Source: a bacterium
GTDB taxonomy: Bacteria > UBA8248
Direction: 5' to 3'
Assembly: GCA_965204535.1 (NCBI GenBank)
Contig: CBDBEV010000001.1
Coordinates: 2,816,001 to 2,880,000 of the forward strand
DNA length: 64,000 nucleotides
Shown piece after piece: positions 62,037-64,000 of the stretch. The position numbers were made by a program, and so were the translations under genes. Position 1 is the first letter of the stretch. Each line of letters starts with the position of its first letter. Under the pieces are notes generated by a model, which was not told where the DNA came from, made no database searches, and saw only the letters and a program-made list of their open reading frames with translations.

Positions 62037-62600
62037 ATGTCGCAAAACCTGGTATCAGACGATACGATTTTGGAAGAGGTGAAAAAGGCGATCGCCCACA
62101 CCACGGGAATCGACGAGGAAACCATCGAGCCGGACAGCTCCCTGGTGGACGACCTGGGCGTCTTGTCGCTCGATTTTCTGGACGTGAACTTTCGCCTCGA
62201 GCAGGTGTTCGGCATCAAGATGGCGCGCAATTTCGTTCTGGAACACGTGGAGGAGATGTTCGGCGAAGGCGTGGCCATCAACGAGGAGAGCGAGGTGACG
62301 GAAACAGGTGTCGAGGTCTTGAAGCTGCGCTTGAACGAAGCCGCTGCGGATCTCGAGCCCGGCATCCCCGTGGATGAGCTGCCGGCCCTCGTTACGCCGA
62401 AGACGCTGGCGGGCGCGGTGCGCGACGTACTGAACTGCCTGCCCGAGAAGAGCCCGGCGGGGGCGGACTGGAAGGCCGAGGATGGAACGCGCATCGTATG
62501 CGCGCAGACGAACGAACCCGCCGCTTTGCCCGGCGGCGATGAAGTGGTCCAGAACTGGCTGAACCGGGTGCAGGAAGAAAGGGGCCTCTTCTCCTCCTGA
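62037..62600 (+). CDS. Acyl carrier protein with C-terminal extension
   Basis: LVDDLGVLSLDFLDVNFRLEQVFGI ACP helix II region; 187 aa total. Confidence 0.78.
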   Translation: MSQNLVSDDTILEEVKKAIAHTTGIDEETIEPDSSLVDDLGVLSLDFLDVNFRLEQVFGIKMARNFVLEHVEEMFGEGVAINEESEVTETGVEVLKLRLNEAAADLEPGIPVDELPALVTPKTLAGAVRDVLNCLPEKSPAGADWKAEDGTRIVCAQTNEPAALPGGDEVVQNWLNRVQEERGLFSS

Positions 62601-62644
62601 GGCCGCAGGCTTCATTCAAGCCGTTTTACCGGGAGAACATGTGA

Positions 62645-63955
62645 ATGGCCGGTAACGACAGGCGGGTCGTGATCACCGGATACGGGGCGATGACGCCCCT
62701 GGGCAAGGACGTCGCCTCCACGTTCGACGCCGCTCGTGAGGGACGCTCGGGAATCGACGTGGTCCGCCGCTTCGACCCCGAAAAGCTACCCTGCCGCATT
62801 GCCGGCGAGGTGGACGACGAGTGGATAGCCTCGCAGGAGAACGGTGCTGCGCGCAGGCTCGATAAATTCTCCACCCGGGGCGTGCGGATGATGCGCGTGG
62901 CCGTATCCCAGGCGGCGCAGACGGCGCGCTTGGGCGAAGTTCCCGAGAGAAAGCGAGTCGGCGTCGCGCTCGGCTCCCACGGCGATCACCCCCATGTCGA
63001 AGAGTTGCTCCGCATCTTCCCCTACTGGAAGCCGGAAGGCAGCGATCCCTTACAGGGCGGGTGGGACATCGAAGGCCTCAAAAGCCGCGGCGCCTATGAT
63101 CTGATGACGTTTTTCAGAAGAAAGTCCGACGTGGCGACTTCGGTCGTCGCCTTGGATTTCGACTGCCGGGGTCCCATGGTCTCCATCTGCTCGGCTTGTG
63201 CGGCGGGGGCGCAGGCGATCGGCGAGTCGGTGCGCCTCATCCGCGACGCGAAGGCGGACGTTATGGTGGCGGGCGGCTGCGAGGCGCCCATCACATACGT
63301 GGGGTTTCTCGGGTTCGTCCTGCTCACCGCGCTGGTGGAGAGATACGAAACCCCGCAGAGCGCGTCCCGTCCCTTCGACAGGAGGCGGAACGGCTTCGTG
63401 ATGTCCGAAGGCGCGGGCGCGATGATACTCGAGAGCTACGAACACGCGCGTGCACGGGGCGCCGAGGTCCTCGGCGAAGTGCTCGGCTACGGCGATTCAT
63501 CGGATGCGTTTCGCATCACCGACATGCACCCTAAGGGTCTCGGCGCGGTGTTCGCCATGAAAAAGGCGATCGAGGATGCGCGAATCACGCCCGATCAAGT
63601 CGAATACGTCAACGCGCACGGCACCTCGACGCCCAAGAACGATTCCACCGAAACCAGGGCCATCAAGGAGGTGTTCGGCGCCCACGCGGAGAAGATGCCC
63701 GTCAGTTCCAACAAGTCCATGATCGGCCACACCATCGGCGCGGCGGGAGCCGTCGAAGCGATTCTGGCCGTGGAGGGGATGCGCCGCTCGGAGATTCTGC
63801 CGACCATCAACTACCAGAACCGCGATCCGAAGTGCGACCTCGACTACGTGCCCAACGAGACGAGGACGCAGGCCCATCGCGTGGCTCTCTCCAACAGCTT
63901 CGGTTTCGGCGGGCAGAACGCCTGCCTTTGCCTGGGTGGTCCCGAGATCGCGTGA
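62645..63955 (+). CDS. fabF: Beta-ketoacyl-ACP synthase II family
   Basis: VVITG, SACAAG, NAHGTST, KSMIGH, SNSFGFGG (Cys-His-His triad). Confidence 0.9.
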   Translation: MAGNDRRVVITGYGAMTPLGKDVASTFDAAREGRSGIDVVRRFDPEKLPCRIAGEVDDEWIASQENGAARRLDKFSTRGVRMMRVAVSQAAQTARLGEVPERKRVGVALGSHGDHPHVEELLRIFPYWKPEGSDPLQGGWDIEGLKSRGAYDLMTFFRRKSDVATSVVALDFDCRGPMVSICSACAAGAQAIGESVRLIRDAKADVMVAGGCEAPITYVGFLGFVLLTALVERYETPQSASRPFDRRRNGFVMSEGAGAMILESYEHARARGAEVLGEVLGYGDSSDAFRITDMHPKGLGAVFAMKKAIEDARITPDQVEYVNAHGTSTPKNDSTETRAIKEVFGAHAEKMPVSSNKSMIGHTIGAAGAVEAILAVEGMRRSEILPTINYQNRDPKCDLDYVPNETRTQAHRVALSNSFGFGGQNACLCLGGPEIA

Positions 63956-64000
63956 ATTTTCCGTCCATTCCGATCACCGGCGTCGGCCTCGTAACGGCGG
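63952..64000 (+). CDS. Start of a second ketosynthase/chain-length-factor-like gene (truncated)
   Basis: GTG overlapping fabF stop; MNFPSIPITGVGLVTA resembles KS N-terminus. Confidence 0.55.
   Translation, partial: MNFPSIPITGVGLVTA

Overview
GC-rich bacterial chromosomal segment, probably from an uncultured lineage; the taxon cannot be fixed from sequence alone. Housekeeping and metabolic genes include ggt, phhB, a chorismate mutase, rmuC, tRNA-Ala(GGC), a sugar-type ABC importer, an LLM/M24/TRAP-TAXI/cyclase/UbiD catabolic operon, TPP riboswitch-thiS-thiG-thiE(-like), acs, recN-nadK, dtd and the start of an SDR-ACP-FabF type II FAS/PKS cluster. Intergenic regions are unusually rich in nested palindromic repeats and IS1182-family elements. 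Best candidate for an undescribed system, at about 11.2-14.8 kb: a Cre-like tyrosine recombinase and a divergently oriented surface lipoprotein flank two 34-bp lox-like sites (13-8-13 bp). The sites carry identical 8-bp spacers in inverted orientation and enclose a near-consensus sigma70 promoter, consistent with a Cre/lox-type invertible promoter switch. Also notable: IS1182 copies and IS-end-bounded MITEs that insert into REP-like hairpins and carry other REPs in a repeated four-level nesting, and four paralogous small membrane-anchored proteins built from 7/11/18-residue H-x-x-x-M coiled-coil modules. All family calls come from motif recognition; no database searches were run.
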